A DNA stretch of 64,000 nt from Candidatus Magasanikiibacteriota bacterium (lineage in GTDB: Bacteria > Patescibacteriota > Patescibacteriia > Magasanikbacterales > GWA2-37-8): assembly GCA_963802255.1 (NCBI GenBank), contig CAWDHY010000002.1, positions 4,867 through 68,866 of the forward strand, written 5' to 3'. The translations under genes and the position numbers were made by a program. The notes under the pieces are model-generated. The model ran no database searches. It was not told the origin of the DNA and saw only the letters and a list, made by a program, of their open reading frames with translations. Positions 17,824-28,000 of the stretch are shown here, in pieces (the stretch's first letter is position 1; every line of letters begins with the position of its first letter).

Positions 17824-17896
17824 AGCCACCTGTCGGGCTCGGACCGACGACCTACGGTTTACAAAACCGTTGCTCTACCAGCTGAGCTAAGGTGGC
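17824..17896 (-). tRNA. tRNA-Thr (anticodon TGT)
   Basis: GCCACCT...AGGTGGC acceptor; anticodon arm ACGGT-TTTGTAA-ACCGT. Confidence 0.75.
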
Positions 17897-17922
17897 GAAT
17901 ATGGGCTTACTTTGTAAACCAG

Positions 17923-17995
17923 AGCCGTTGCGCGGATTTGAACCGCGGACCTACTCCTTACCATGGAGTTGCTCTACCAACTGAGCTACAACGGC
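17923..17995 (-). tRNA. tRNA-Thr (anticodon GGT)
   Basis: GCCGTTG/CAACGGC acceptor; anticodon arm ACTCC-ATGGTAA-GGAGT; T-loop TTCAAAT. Confidence 0.75.
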
Positions 17996-18018
17996 ATCCT
18001 TAAAGCCGGGCAATTATA

Positions 18019-18927
18019 TCATATCTGCTCAATTTTTTCAATCCTTTCCTTAAACTCAACCAATTTATGATTATCGGGATTTACCAATCTTAATTCTTCA
18101 AATCCCTTATTTGCGGCCTGCCGATCGCCACATACTATAGCAATTTCTATGAATAAGTCAAGGTATTTGGGATTCTTCGGCTCAAGTTCAACAGCCTGGG
18201 AAACAGCTTCCAAGGCTACTTCCGGCTGTTCTACTTTTTGCAACAGCTCGGCTAAGTGATAAAAACGCGGAGAGAGCGAATCATTGATGGAAACGGCATT
18301 TTCCAGATAATTAATCGCTTCATTTATCTTGCCCCGTTCCTCGGAAAGCTCGGACAACTTTACCAGCAAAGCATCATCCGCTGGCGTAAGACGACTCAAG
18401 AAATCATAAGTTTGCAGAGCCTCTTCAGCCGCGCCTTTAGCCATATAGGTGTCAGCAAGCCCGCGATACGCCGGGGCCAGCTTCTTGTCAAACTTGATGG
18501 CGGCAATAAAAAATTCTTCAGCCTTGTCGTAGTTTCCTTCGTGAAATTTATTTTCTCCCTGCTGCAAAAGTTCACTAATCTGTTTCTCACGGTCCATTGA
18601 CGATAAATCCCGGTTTTTCTGCCTATTTTTTATCAGTTCTTCATAGTGTAATAATTTTTCAATTTTCCCCACATACATTCTGAATTTTTGCTGTAAAATA
18701 TTCCATAAGCGTTTAAGCGGCGTCATCTTTTCTTGAAACTGTTTTCGTGCTTCATTACTCTTCTCCGAAAGACGATTTTCCAAAATTGACCGTTTTTTCT
18801 TTGATTCTTGTTCTTCCGCCAAATTCTCAAGGTCTAGATTGGCCACTATCGGAAATTTGCGAATTATAATAACGGCAATCACAACCAGTGCCAAAACAAT
18901 TAAAGAAATAAAGATTGTATTAATCAT
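18019..18927 (-). CDS. TPR-repeat protein with an N-terminal TM anchor
   Basis: N-terminal hydrophobic helix, then repeated A..Y...G / AL..Y TPR-like 34-mers. Confidence 0.7.
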   Translation of the reverse strand: MINTIFISLIVLALVVIAVIIIRKFPIVANLDLENLAEEQESKKKRSILENRLSEKSNEARKQFQEKMTPLKRLWNILQQKFRMYVGKIEKLLHYEELIKNRQKNRDLSSMDREKQISELLQQGENKFHEGNYDKAEEFFIAAIKFDKKLAPAYRGLADTYMAKGAAEEALQTYDFLSRLTPADDALLVKLSELSEERGKINEAINYLENAVSINDSLSPRFYHLAELLQKVEQPEVALEAVSQAVELEPKNPKYLDLFIEIAIVCGDRQAANKGFEELRLVNPDNHKLVEFKERIEKIEQI

Positions 18928-18933
18928 AAAATA

Positions 18934-19698
18934 TTATTTTGCCGAAAAACCCGCCGCTTTTTCCATTATATCTATAAAGGTCTCCAGTTTGGCGGAAGCA
19001 TTACCAATTAAAACACCATCCGTGTGTGCGCCTGACAAGTAATCTGTAACATTTTCTGCGCGGACACTTCCGCCGTAAAGAATTCGAAAATCGACACCCG
19101 GCAAAAGTGATTTGGCAATTACCGATATCTTTTCCTGCATCCTTTCAGCTTCTTTTGGATCGCAAGCATCCCCTGTACCGATCGCCCAAACCGGCTCATA
19201 AGCGATAAAAAAATCCGTACCGGACGGCAAATCCAAATTTTCAAATGCAGCTCTGAGTTGAATTTCCACGATTTCTTCGGCCTTGCCGGCGCGGCGTTCC
19301 TCCTGTGTTTCGCCTACGCAAATAACAGGTGTTATTTTTTCCGCAAAAGCCGCTTCAATTTTCTGCCTGACATCATGATTTGTTTCATGGAACACATGGC
19401 GTCTTTCCGAATGTCCGACAAGCACATACTTGCAACCGGCCTCTTTAAACATACCAATGGAGATTTCACCGGTGTAACCTCCTCTATCCACCCAATATGA
19501 ATTCTGCGCGCCAATATCGATATTGGTCTCTTTAAGATTCAAAGCTATTGAATATATAGCCAACGCGCTGGGAAATAAAGCAATGTGGACAGACGGTGGC
19601 ATTTTTCTGGCTTCTCCAATTAAAGCATTGGCCAAAATATTGCTTTCGTCATAGCCAAGATACATTTTCCAGTTAGCAAATAAAAATATTTTTTTCAT
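18934..19698 (-). CDS. tpiA: Triosephosphate isomerase
   Basis: FANWKMY N-terminus, VGHSERR catalytic motif, AYEPVWAIGTG; 254 aa. Confidence 0.9.
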   Translation of the reverse strand: MKKIFLFANWKMYLGYDESNILANALIGEARKMPPSVHIALFPSALAIYSIALNLKETNIDIGAQNSYWVDRGGYTGEISIGMFKEAGCKYVLVGHSERRHVFHETNHDVRQKIEAAFAEKITPVICVGETQEERRAGKAEEIVEIQLRAAFENLDLPSGTDFFIAYEPVWAIGTGDACDPKEAERMQEKISVIAKSLLPGVDFRILYGGSVRAENVTDYLSGAHTDGVLIGNASAKLETFIDIMEKAAGFSAK

Positions 19699-19704
19699 AT
19701 CAGA

Positions 19705-20976
19705 TTATATCAATTTAAGAATTTGCTTTTTATTTTTAGAGCTGATGACGGTGACTCTCATTTCACTCTTCTTAAATATATCAGCAGCCAAATTTAATAC
19801 TTGTTTCGCGGTAACTTTTTTAATATTTATAATTTCTTGCTTATAATCTTCAATTTTATTGCCAAACCAAAAATGGCCGGCAAACCACTCTGCTTGTATA
19901 TGGGAATTTTCCATCATCAATGTCAAACTGCCGGCTAAATTATTTTTCGCGCCAATAAGTTCTTTGCCACTTACTAGCTCGCGCGAAATACGTTTTAATT
20001 CGTTCTGAATAACTGAAAATGCCTCCGGTAAACGATTTTGGTCCAAACCTGAGACGATATGAACCGCTCCGGTATCACGATAACTCGCGGCTTCAACCCG
20101 TACACGATATGCCAGCCCTCGTTTTTCTCTCACTTCCACAAATAAACGTGAACTCATGCCTCCTCCCAGTATGTTAAGCAATACCGACAACGCGTAACGC
20201 TTCGGGTCAGTTCTCTTTAAACCGGGAAATGTAAAAAATACATGAGCCTGATCAATTTTTCTTTTTTGCACGGTTAATCTGCGGTTTAAAGGCACGTTCC
20301 GGGGGATGGTTATTTTTTCAAAATTATTCTTATTAATTTTCGCACGGCTTTGTACTTGTCCAAAATATTTTGCCGCAAGTTTTTTTGTATTTTCCCCGAC
20401 TGACCCGGCGACAACTAAAACCATATTTTCCGGCGCGTAGGCAGACTTGTAATAATGCCACAGATCGTTGCGGCTCATGTCTTTAATATTTTGAATTGTA
20501 CCGGCGATGTTGCGTCCGAGCGGATGATCGCCGAAAATAGTCAATTCCGCAAGATCTTCAACCGCCGCCATCGGGTTATCTTCATACATCTTTATCTCTT
20601 CAATTATCACCCCTTTTTCTTTATCAATTTCTTCGGTTTCAAACAAGGAGTTGAATAACATATCGGAAAGAACATCCATAGCTAACTCTTCCTTACGAGA
20701 ATCAATTTTAATATAATAACCGGTATATTCTTTATGAGTCATGGCGTTGTAATGTGCGCCAACCGCATCTAACGCCCGGGAAATATCCAAATTTGAAGGC
20801 CGTTTTTTTGTCCCCTTAAACATCAGGTGTTCTACAAAATGAGAAGCCCCGCCAAGTTTCTTATTTTCATAACGCGAGCCAACCGGCACAAGTATCATAA
20901 TAGTGACCGCCTTAGTGCCGGACAAGGGAACAAAAATAGTATTTAACCCGTTTTTCAGCTTTGATTGACGATGCAT
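19705..20976 (-). CDS. M16-family zinc peptidase (insulinase/pitrilysin-like)
   Basis: Inverted zinc motif HFVEHLMFKGT (HxxEH); two-domain ~420-aa architecture. Confidence 0.85.
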   Translation of the reverse strand: MHRQSKLKNGLNTIFVPLSGTKAVTIMILVPVGSRYENKKLGGASHFVEHLMFKGTKKRPSNLDISRALDAVGAHYNAMTHKEYTGYYIKIDSRKEELAMDVLSDMLFNSLFETEEIDKEKGVIIEEIKMYEDNPMAAVEDLAELTIFGDHPLGRNIAGTIQNIKDMSRNDLWHYYKSAYAPENMVLVVAGSVGENTKKLAAKYFGQVQSRAKINKNNFEKITIPRNVPLNRRLTVQKRKIDQAHVFFTFPGLKRTDPKRYALSVLLNILGGGMSSRLFVEVREKRGLAYRVRVEAASYRDTGAVHIVSGLDQNRLPEAFSVIQNELKRISRELVSGKELIGAKNNLAGSLTLMMENSHIQAEWFAGHFWFGNKIEDYKQEIINIKKVTAKQVLNLAADIFKKSEMRVTVISSKNKKQILKLI

Positions 20977-20979
20977 AAA

Positions 20980-21213
20980 TTATTTTGCCAAATCCTGGCG
21001 GGATTGCAGGTCTTTTCTGAGTTCAGTTAATCGGTCCCGGGCTTCCTGAAGTTCTTTCGGATCAACATTCTCTCCGGACCGCGTCATATTTTCAATAAGG
21101 GTCTGATAACCAGAAATTTCCTTTTCTAACTGCTCAAGCGTTTTAACCGGCGGGTCGACTTCCGCAGATAAATTTCCGCTTGACTCCCCTCCCGGATTTT
21201 TTTCTGTATACAT
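20980..21213 (-). CDS. Small hypothetical coiled-coil protein (77 aa)
   Basis: ORF tightly packed between two genes on the same strand. No motif. Confidence 0.4.
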   Translation of the reverse strand: MYTEKNPGGESSGNLSAEVDPPVKTLEQLEKEISGYQTLIENMTRSGENVDPKELQEARDRLTELRKDLQSRQDLAK

Positions 21214-21219
21214 ATAAAT

Positions 21220-22587
21220 TTAATTAAATTTTTCTTTTAAAAAATTTGTTAATTCAGTAATTTCAACTCTGTCCTGTTTCATCGTGTCGCGGTCGCGCAC
21301 GGTAACTTTTTTGTCTTCAAGCGAATCAAAATCGACGGTAACGCAATATGGCGTGCCGATCTCATCTTCACGTCGGTAACGCTTACCGATGCTTTGTGTC
21401 TCATCGTAATCCACCGAGAAATTCTTACGCAATTCCGCGGCTAAAGATTTAGAAACATTTGACAGTTCTTCTTTTTTGGAAAGCGGTAAAACCGCCACCT
21501 GATACGGCGATAAATATTTTGGAAATTTCATTACAATACGTTTTTCTGTTTCTCCATCTTCAGCAGTTGGCACATCTTCCTCATGATACGCTTCAAGCAA
21601 AGCGACCAATAACATCCGATCAATACCAAAAGTCGGCTCAATCACGTGCGGTAAAAATTTTTCATTTGTTTCCGGGTCGGTATAATGCAAATCCTGACCG
21701 CTAATTTTTTCATGGCGCGATAAATCAAAATCGGTACGATATGCAATCCCATGAAGCTCTTTAACTCCGAACGGATATTTATATTCAATATCTACCGTCC
21801 GTTTACTGTAATGAGCGCGCTCATCTCCAGGAATTTCATGCCAAATTAAATTATCCATGTTCACCTGCATCACATCTTTCCACCAGCGTTTTATTTCATC
21901 CAACCACATTTCAAAAACTTTTTTCCAATCTTTTGGGTTGATAAAATATTCAAATTCGCCGATCTCAAACTCGCGGGTGCGAAAAATAAAATTACCCGGT
22001 GTAATTTCGTTGCGGAAGCATTTACCTATCTGCGCAATGCCGAAAGGCAGTTTTCTGCGGGTTACTGTCTGAATATTTTTAAAATTAACAAACATCCCAC
22101 CGGCTGTTTCAGGACGCAAATACGCCACTGTGGTATTATCATCCGTTGTGCCGAGAAAAGTCTTAAACATAAGGTTAAACGCCTTTGGCTCAGTCAAGAC
22201 ACCATCGCAATCGGGGCAAAAAACCTCAGACGGTATTTTAACTTTTTCTTTATCAAATTTTGGAGTTATTCCCTTGGCCTCAAGCAGATGGTCAATACGG
22301 AAACGATGATGGCACTCTTTACACTCAACCAATTCATCGCTAAAATTTTCCAAATGGCCGGACGCTTCCCAAACCTTCGGGTTCATAATAATAGCCGAAT
22401 CAAACGGCACCATGTCATCCCGCTCGGTTACGAAAAATTTCCACCAGGCCTTTTTAATATTTTGCTTAAGCAAATGACCCAGTGGTCCATAATCCCAGCT
22501 GTTCGCTAAGCCTCCATATATTTCCGATCCCGGAAAAACAAATCCCCTCCTTTTACAAAGTGAAACAATTATATCAAGATCTGGCAT
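21220..22587 (-). CDS. glyQS: Glycine--tRNA ligase, alpha2 (eukaryote/archaeal-like) type
   Basis: N-terminal KRRGFVFPGSEIYGGLANSWDYGPLG motif of dimeric class II GlyRS; 455 aa. Confidence 0.85.
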   Translation of the reverse strand: MPDLDIIVSLCKRRGFVFPGSEIYGGLANSWDYGPLGHLLKQNIKKAWWKFFVTERDDMVPFDSAIIMNPKVWEASGHLENFSDELVECKECHHRFRIDHLLEAKGITPKFDKEKVKIPSEVFCPDCDGVLTEPKAFNLMFKTFLGTTDDNTTVAYLRPETAGGMFVNFKNIQTVTRRKLPFGIAQIGKCFRNEITPGNFIFRTREFEIGEFEYFINPKDWKKVFEMWLDEIKRWWKDVMQVNMDNLIWHEIPGDERAHYSKRTVDIEYKYPFGVKELHGIAYRTDFDLSRHEKISGQDLHYTDPETNEKFLPHVIEPTFGIDRMLLVALLEAYHEEDVPTAEDGETEKRIVMKFPKYLSPYQVAVLPLSKKEELSNVSKSLAAELRKNFSVDYDETQSIGKRYRREDEIGTPYCVTVDFDSLEDKKVTVRDRDTMKQDRVEITELTNFLKEKFN

Positions 22588-22589
22588 AA

Positions 22590-23240
22590 TTATTCTTTAA
22601 ATTTAAAGCTGGATAATACTTGTAAAAATATTTTTTCCATTTCCGCCGGATCATAGGCAAGCGGACGGATACTCTCGTCATACACTTCGGGGTTGCTTGA
22701 CACTAAATACAAATTCATTGAAATAGTATTTTCACCGCGTTGTGTAATATAGACGAGCGAATCAGCCACATGCGACATCGCGGCATCACTGCATTTTAAA
22801 CGTCTGAATTCCAGACCGTTGATAACAATCTTATCTGTAAAATCTTTACTTGGCACCGGTGTTTTTGCATAATGCCAAATTACCGTTTTGTCTTCACCGC
22901 TGCCAAAATCCTGACAGGATGATTTATTTATGTCCAAACGAATTTGTGCTACGCCTAAATTTGTTCCCGTGGTAAAACTCTCCGGAAAATTTAATATCAA
23001 TTTTGAATCCGGACTTGAAAAATCAGAAATAAGATCGACAGGGTATTTGACGCCAAATTGATATACAGGATTGCCGTACTCAATATATTGGCCCGGCAGA
23101 AATGGTTCGGCTATTTCTTTTATCACGTCTTTAGCGTCGCCTTCAGGCTGCCGTTGCAGGCCACAGCCTGCGAACAGCAAAAGCGCTAAACTCAAACTTG
23201 CGCCGCAAACTACTACAATTTTTAATGCCCGTACCCGCAT
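22590..23240 (-). CDS. Hypothetical lipoprotein
   Basis: Signal peptide with lipobox FAGC. Confidence 0.5.
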   Translation of the reverse strand: MRVRALKIVVVCGASLSLALLLFAGCGLQRQPEGDAKDVIKEIAEPFLPGQYIEYGNPVYQFGVKYPVDLISDFSSPDSKLILNFPESFTTGTNLGVAQIRLDINKSSCQDFGSGEDKTVIWHYAKTPVPSKDFTDKIVINGLEFRRLKCSDAAMSHVADSLVYITQRGENTISMNLYLVSSNPEVYDESIRPLAYDPAEMEKIFLQVLSSFKFKE

Positions 23241-23242
23241 AA

Positions 23243-23791
23243 TTATACTCCGTTAATTTCAATTTCTTTCTTTTCACCAATCTGTTTAATCTGTTCATTA
23301 TACTCCTTTACCATCTTATCCAAATTATCCTGCAAGCTATATTTTTCATCTTCTGTTATTCCACCATCTTTTTCACCCTCATTTATCATATCTCTTACAT
23401 CTTCACGCACCTGGCGCACTGAAATCCGGGCGTTCTCCAATTTTTGATGCAATATTTTTGTCAGCTCTGACCGGCGTTCAACGGTTAATTCAGGCAAAGA
23501 TATGCGGATCATCCTGCCATCGTTTACCGGATTAATTCCCAAACCCGAATCCCTGATACCCTTTTCAATCGCCGACATCAGGCCCTTGTCCCATGGTTCA
23601 ACATTCAATGTTTTTGGATCAGCCACAGAAATGCTGGCCACCGCTTTCAGCGGCTGTCTGGTGCCATAGGCCTCAACTTGGATATCTTCAACCATGGCCG
23701 TGGAAGCGCGGCCTGTCCGCAGACCGGTAATATCCTGCTTTAAAAAATCAATCGTCTTGTTAAAATCTTCTTTGTGTTCATTAATGTTCAT
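23243..23791 (-). CDS. frr: Ribosome recycling factor
   Basis: 182 aa; LRTGRAS..., RQVREDVRDMI, and coiled-coil architecture typical of RRF. Confidence 0.9.
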   Translation of the reverse strand: MNINEHKEDFNKTIDFLKQDITGLRTGRASTAMVEDIQVEAYGTRQPLKAVASISVADPKTLNVEPWDKGLMSAIEKGIRDSGLGINPVNDGRMIRISLPELTVERRSELTKILHQKLENARISVRQVREDVRDMINEGEKDGGITEDEKYSLQDNLDKMVKEYNEQIKQIGEKKEIEINGV

Positions 23792-23801
23792 AATATTGGT
23801 C

Positions 23802-24881
23802 TTAATTTAGCAACGCAAAACCCATTAAGATCATGGCGTCATTAACCGAGTGAATTTTAATTACTACCGGAATGGTATTTGTCGGCAATTTTTGCGTTAC
23901 CCATGTAGCGCCGCCGTCTACACTCTTGTAGAAAGTTGAACGCACGTGACTGTTGTTTTCTCCGAGAATTGTGCCGGTGTAATAGATTTCATTGGGATTT
24001 TTCTCGTTTACCGCGAAACCGTAGATTGTGACTGCTCCCGGTGGCGTCAAAAGTTTAAGTTCCGTCCATGTGACTCCGGCATCATTTGACCGCAATATAC
24101 CATACTTGCTGATCCAATATAATGTGTCCTTTTGATTTTTGCTCACATACAAGCGGTAATACACCTTGCTGTCATTAAATTTTTTAAAATTATCGCGCAA
24201 ATCAATCCATGTGGCGCCGGAATCATCAGACCGAACCATATTCGACCGCTGTGAAGCGATATAAATACGGCCAGGCACTGATTTATCAATAAATACATCC
24301 TGTAAAGCAAAACTAAACCGCTTTATCACCTGCCAGCTTCTGCCTCCGTCCCGGCTTATTAAAAGATCACCGCCGATTTCAGTACTGTAAATTGAACCGT
24401 CGGAAGGATCAATGTCCATTGAAGATACTCTTTCACCTGAGCGTTCTTCAGTAAACATTAAATTCCAAGTACGTGCACAATCCTCTGATTTATAGATATG
24501 CGCGCCATCGCTCGCGTAGATAGTGCATTTATCAGCAGGATCAACAGCAGCGGTGTAAACAAATTTTCCGTTGAAAAAAGAGACGGCAGTCCATGAATCG
24601 CCGTTATCATAAGTATAATAAAGACCCTGCCCGCGGCTGGCCAGATAAAAAGCGTTGGGATCGCTCGGGTCATCAAATATCCGGTATACTTTTACAGAGC
24701 TGATACTCTTCACTCCTTGCGCTGTCGGCAGGGCCATTGCGGCGGTCCATTCTTCACCGCGGTCAATGGACTTAAAAATACCCATCGGTCCCACTTCCGT
24801 TGATTTATTGCTGCTGATACAGCTGGCGCCGGTGAATATAAACACCACCAGCAGTAGAAATACGAGTATTTTTTTAGACAT
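23802..24881 (-). CDS. Secreted BNR/Asp-box repeat (beta-propeller) protein
   Basis: Signal peptide; repeated S-x-D-x-G-x-T-W boxes (SDDSGATW, SRDGGRSW, SNDAGVTW, SVDGGATW). Confidence 0.7.
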   Translation of the reverse strand: MSKKILVFLLLVVFIFTGASCISSNKSTEVGPMGIFKSIDRGEEWTAAMALPTAQGVKSISSVKVYRIFDDPSDPNAFYLASRGQGLYYTYDNGDSWTAVSFFNGKFVYTAAVDPADKCTIYASDGAHIYKSEDCARTWNLMFTEERSGERVSSMDIDPSDGSIYSTEIGGDLLISRDGGRSWQVIKRFSFALQDVFIDKSVPGRIYIASQRSNMVRSDDSGATWIDLRDNFKKFNDSKVYYRLYVSKNQKDTLYWISKYGILRSNDAGVTWTELKLLTPPGAVTIYGFAVNEKNPNEIYYTGTILGENNSHVRSTFYKSVDGGATWVTQKLPTNTIPVVIKIHSVNDAMILMGFALLN

Positions 24882-24906
24882 ATTATCTGTTAAATTAAAA
24901 TTTTTT

Positions 24907-25818
24907 TTAAATTATTAATAAAATTCTCTCAATTAATAATCTGGGGTGAACATTGCGGCCAAGTAATTCCCGTGCCTTTCTTATTTCATCAATTATTTTC
25001 AGTGTTTGAACCGGCGAAAAATATTTACCGGCTACGGGCTGACCCAAAAAAGAGTTTCTCCAAAGCATTGTCCAAAGATCCAAAATATTTTTTAATTTAT
25101 CGCGTCCTCGCACTGCGTCATCCTTATCGCCGAACAATTCTTCGGTCGCTGAAATTTTTTCAAAAAACGGCCTACCAACAATTTTTCCCAAGCGCTCAAT
25201 CTCTAAAACATATTCGCTCATTTTTTCCTTGTCCTTCAAAAATTTCACCGCCCGCCCCGGCCTGCCCCACGATGCTTCAGCCGCCAGATTAACCGCTTCC
25301 GGAGCGTCGTCAAATTTCATCAGAGCGTCTGCTATTTCTTTTTCAGGAACGAGAGAAAAATTTATATGCTGGCAACGTGAAAGAACAGTTTCCGGCAAAT
25401 CTCTTTCATTTTCTGTAAGCAAAAAAATTAAACTATTTTCCACCGATTCTTCAAGAGTTTTTAAAAGCGCATTGGCGGCTTCAATATTTATTTTCTCCGC
25501 TTCATCAATTATGACAATCTTTTTTCCGCCCAGCCACGACCTGTTTTGTAAAAAATTCCCAACTGTTTTCGCCTGACTGACAATAATATCTTTTTTTAAT
25601 TTTCCTGTTTTTTCTTCGACAGAACGTTCAATATATAAATAATCGGCATGAATTGCCAGTTTGTCGAACTCCGTATTCAATGCTTTTGCCGCAATATATT
25701 TTGCCACTGTACGCTTACCCACATGGCCCGGCCCGGAAAAACAATAGGCATGGGACAACATATCGTTCTCAAGTGCGTGGGTCAAAAATTGCAGGTTTTT
25801 TTGGTGTCCGATTATCAT
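24907..25818 (-). CDS. holB: DNA polymerase III delta-prime subunit
   Basis: HAYCFSGPGHVGK P-loop-like motif, IIDEAEKINIEAANALLKTLEE clamp-loader box; 303 aa. Confidence 0.75.
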   Translation of the reverse strand: MIIGHQKNLQFLTHALENDMLSHAYCFSGPGHVGKRTVAKYIAAKALNTEFDKLAIHADYLYIERSVEEKTGKLKKDIIVSQAKTVGNFLQNRSWLGGKKIVIIDEAEKINIEAANALLKTLEESVENSLIFLLTENERDLPETVLSRCQHINFSLVPEKEIADALMKFDDAPEAVNLAAEASWGRPGRAVKFLKDKEKMSEYVLEIERLGKIVGRPFFEKISATEELFGDKDDAVRGRDKLKNILDLWTMLWRNSFLGQPVAGKYFSPVQTLKIIDEIRKARELLGRNVHPRLLIERILLII

Positions 25819-25874
25819 GAATAGCAGGTAATATAAAATAATCCCCCTTACGCGTTTACATTCATTATATTAGC

Positions 25875-26990
25875 CTATTTTCCAGCTTCCCGCAAGACCT
25901 GCCAGGTAAGTTTTGCTGTATTTTCCCATGAAAACATTCCAGCTCTGGCAATCCCGGATTCTACATATTTATTTCGCAAATCCCGATTTAAGGCCATCTG
26001 TATGGCAGAGGCAGCAATATCATCTGTTGATTCAGGCTCAACGATTATAGCGGCATTTTCAGCCACCTCTGTCAGACTATTCCCCTTTGACACAATCACC
26101 GGACAGCCTGATGCCATGGCTTCAAGAACAGGCAAACCAAACCCTTCATAATTTGACGGAAAAATCATGGCTTCGGCAAAATTATATAATTTTGCAATCA
26201 TTTCAGAATCAAGCCAGCCGGACAAAATTATATCATTTTTATTCTGGCTATTCTTAATCACCTCTTCCACTTCCTTGTAACCGCAGCCGGGCATGCCAAC
26301 AAGCACCAAAGCGCAATCATATTGTTTTTTTATTTTATCAAATGCCCGGACAATATTAGCCACATTCTTTTTTTGTTCAAGCCGTCCGACAAAAATAAAA
26401 AAAGGCTTTGTTATTTCGAATTTTTTTAAAATTTCATTTTTTTCCTCAAAATTCATCGGAATCTTTTTATATATTGCCTTGTTAAAACCCAGCGGTGTTA
26501 CTGAAACACGGTTCGTGTCAAAATTATACAAACGTTTTAGCTCGCGCCGGCTAAATTCAGACGGAGTGAGAATCATCCGTGATTTATTTAACACCATTCT
26601 GTTCATGAAGCGTAGATATAGTCGGCTGAAAAAACGATATGCTTTTGGAAAAACCATAAAAGCGCTGTCATGAACCGTGGCAACCGTATTTTTTGGCGCG
26701 ATTGCCGGAACCAGTTGCCCGGGAGCAAAAAAAACATCCGGCGGATGTTTCCATAGCTCTATAGACAACCTGATCTGACTCCACAATTTCCACGGCCATG
26801 GCAAGACACGCGACTGCCAATTTTCCGGTAAATCGCCGAGATCTCCCGTAAGCGGCGTTTGGCTATACAAAATTACCCGCACATCGGCGGGTATAATTTG
26901 TTTGAGATGATTAATAATCTGCCACGAATACTCGTCCACGCCAGTGCGGAGCAATTTGTTAGCGTGTGATGCTTCAATGCCGACTATCAT
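25875..26990 (-). CDS. Glycosyltransferase family 4 (GT-B, GT1/GT4 clan)
   Basis: C-terminal EGFGLPVLEAMASGCPVIVS motif. Start moved to the internal Met (MIVGIEASHAN) to remove the 38-nt overlap with mreB. Confidence 0.8.
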   Translation of the reverse strand: MIVGIEASHANKLLRTGVDEYSWQIINHLKQIIPADVRVILYSQTPLTGDLGDLPENWQSRVLPWPWKLWSQIRLSIELWKHPPDVFFAPGQLVPAIAPKNTVATVHDSAFMVFPKAYRFFSRLYLRFMNRMVLNKSRMILTPSEFSRRELKRLYNFDTNRVSVTPLGFNKAIYKKIPMNFEEKNEILKKFEITKPFFIFVGRLEQKKNVANIVRAFDKIKKQYDCALVLVGMPGCGYKEVEEVIKNSQNKNDIILSGWLDSEMIAKLYNFAEAMIFPSNYEGFGLPVLEAMASGCPVIVSKGNSLTEVAENAAIIVEPESTDDIAASAIQMALNRDLRNKYVESGIARAGMFSWENTAKLTWQVLREAGK

Positions 26991-26991
26991 A

Positions 26992-27999
26992 TTAACGGGT
27001 GGCCAAAATACTGCGCTTATAGCTATCAATATTTTCCAAAGCCGTACCAGTACCTTTCACAGCGCAAAACAACGGGTCTTCAGCCACATAAGTCGGTACG
27101 CCGGTTGTTTCAGTAATTAAATCAGACAAATGACGTAATTTTGCCGAACCGCCGGTTAGCACAATACCCTTGTCCATCACATCAGCCGATAACTCGGGCG
27201 GAGTTTCATGCAAAACGTCTTTAATCGCTTTCATTAATAATTCCAAATCATGTTGTAAAGCTTCTGTTACATCATCAGAAGTGACAGTGACAATGCGTGG
27301 CAGTCCGGAAACCATATCCTGGCCTTTTATTTCAGCAGTAATCGGTTTTCCTATAAACATGGCTGAACCGACGCTGGTTTTTATTTCTTCAGCTGTATGC
27401 ACACCAACAGCCAAATTATATTTGCGTCGGATAAATTCAGCGATGGCTTGGTCGAATTTATTTCCGCCGATTCTCACCGAACCGCTGGCCACAATTCCGC
27501 CGAGCGATATTACCGCAATTTCGGATGTACCTCCACCAACATCAATCACCATATGTCCGGAAGCGGCACCAATAGGGATGTCGGCACCAATGGCGGCGAC
27601 AAGAGGAGCCTTGATAAGATAAGCGGCTCGGGCGCCGGCGGCAATGGTTGCGTCAATTACGGCGCGCCGTTCTGTTGAAGTAATTCCGCTCGGCACTGCA
27701 ACCATTACTTCCGGCCTGAACAAATGCACGCCACCCAGAGCCTTGTTGATAAAATATCTAAGCATCGCTTCTGTGGTTTTGTAATTAGCAATTACTCCTT
27801 CCTTAAGCGGGTGCTCAGCTGAAATCGAATCCGGAGTGCGGCCAAGCATGTCTTTTGCTTCCAAACCGACGGCCAAAATTTTACCGTCTCCTTTTGAGAT
27901 GGCCACTACCGAAGGCTCGTTGATTACCACGCCTTTTTTAGGCACGTAAACACGCACATTATTCGTACCGAGATCTATGCCTACTTTTTTTATAAACAT
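26992..27999 (-). CDS. mreB: Rod shape-determining protein MreB (actin homolog)
   Basis: GIDLGTNNVRVYV phosphate-1 motif, DVGGGTSEIAVISLGG, GGSAKL adenosine motif; 335 aa. Confidence 0.9.
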   Translation of the reverse strand: MFIKKVGIDLGTNNVRVYVPKKGVVINEPSVVAISKGDGKILAVGLEAKDMLGRTPDSISAEHPLKEGVIANYKTTEAMLRYFINKALGGVHLFRPEVMVAVPSGITSTERRAVIDATIAAGARAAYLIKAPLVAAIGADIPIGAASGHMVIDVGGGTSEIAVISLGGIVASGSVRIGGNKFDQAIAEFIRRKYNLAVGVHTAEEIKTSVGSAMFIGKPITAEIKGQDMVSGLPRIVTVTSDDVTEALQHDLELLMKAIKDVLHETPPELSADVMDKGIVLTGGSAKLRHLSDLITETTGVPTYVAEDPLFCAVKGTGTALENIDSYKRSILATR

Positions 28000-28000
28000 A

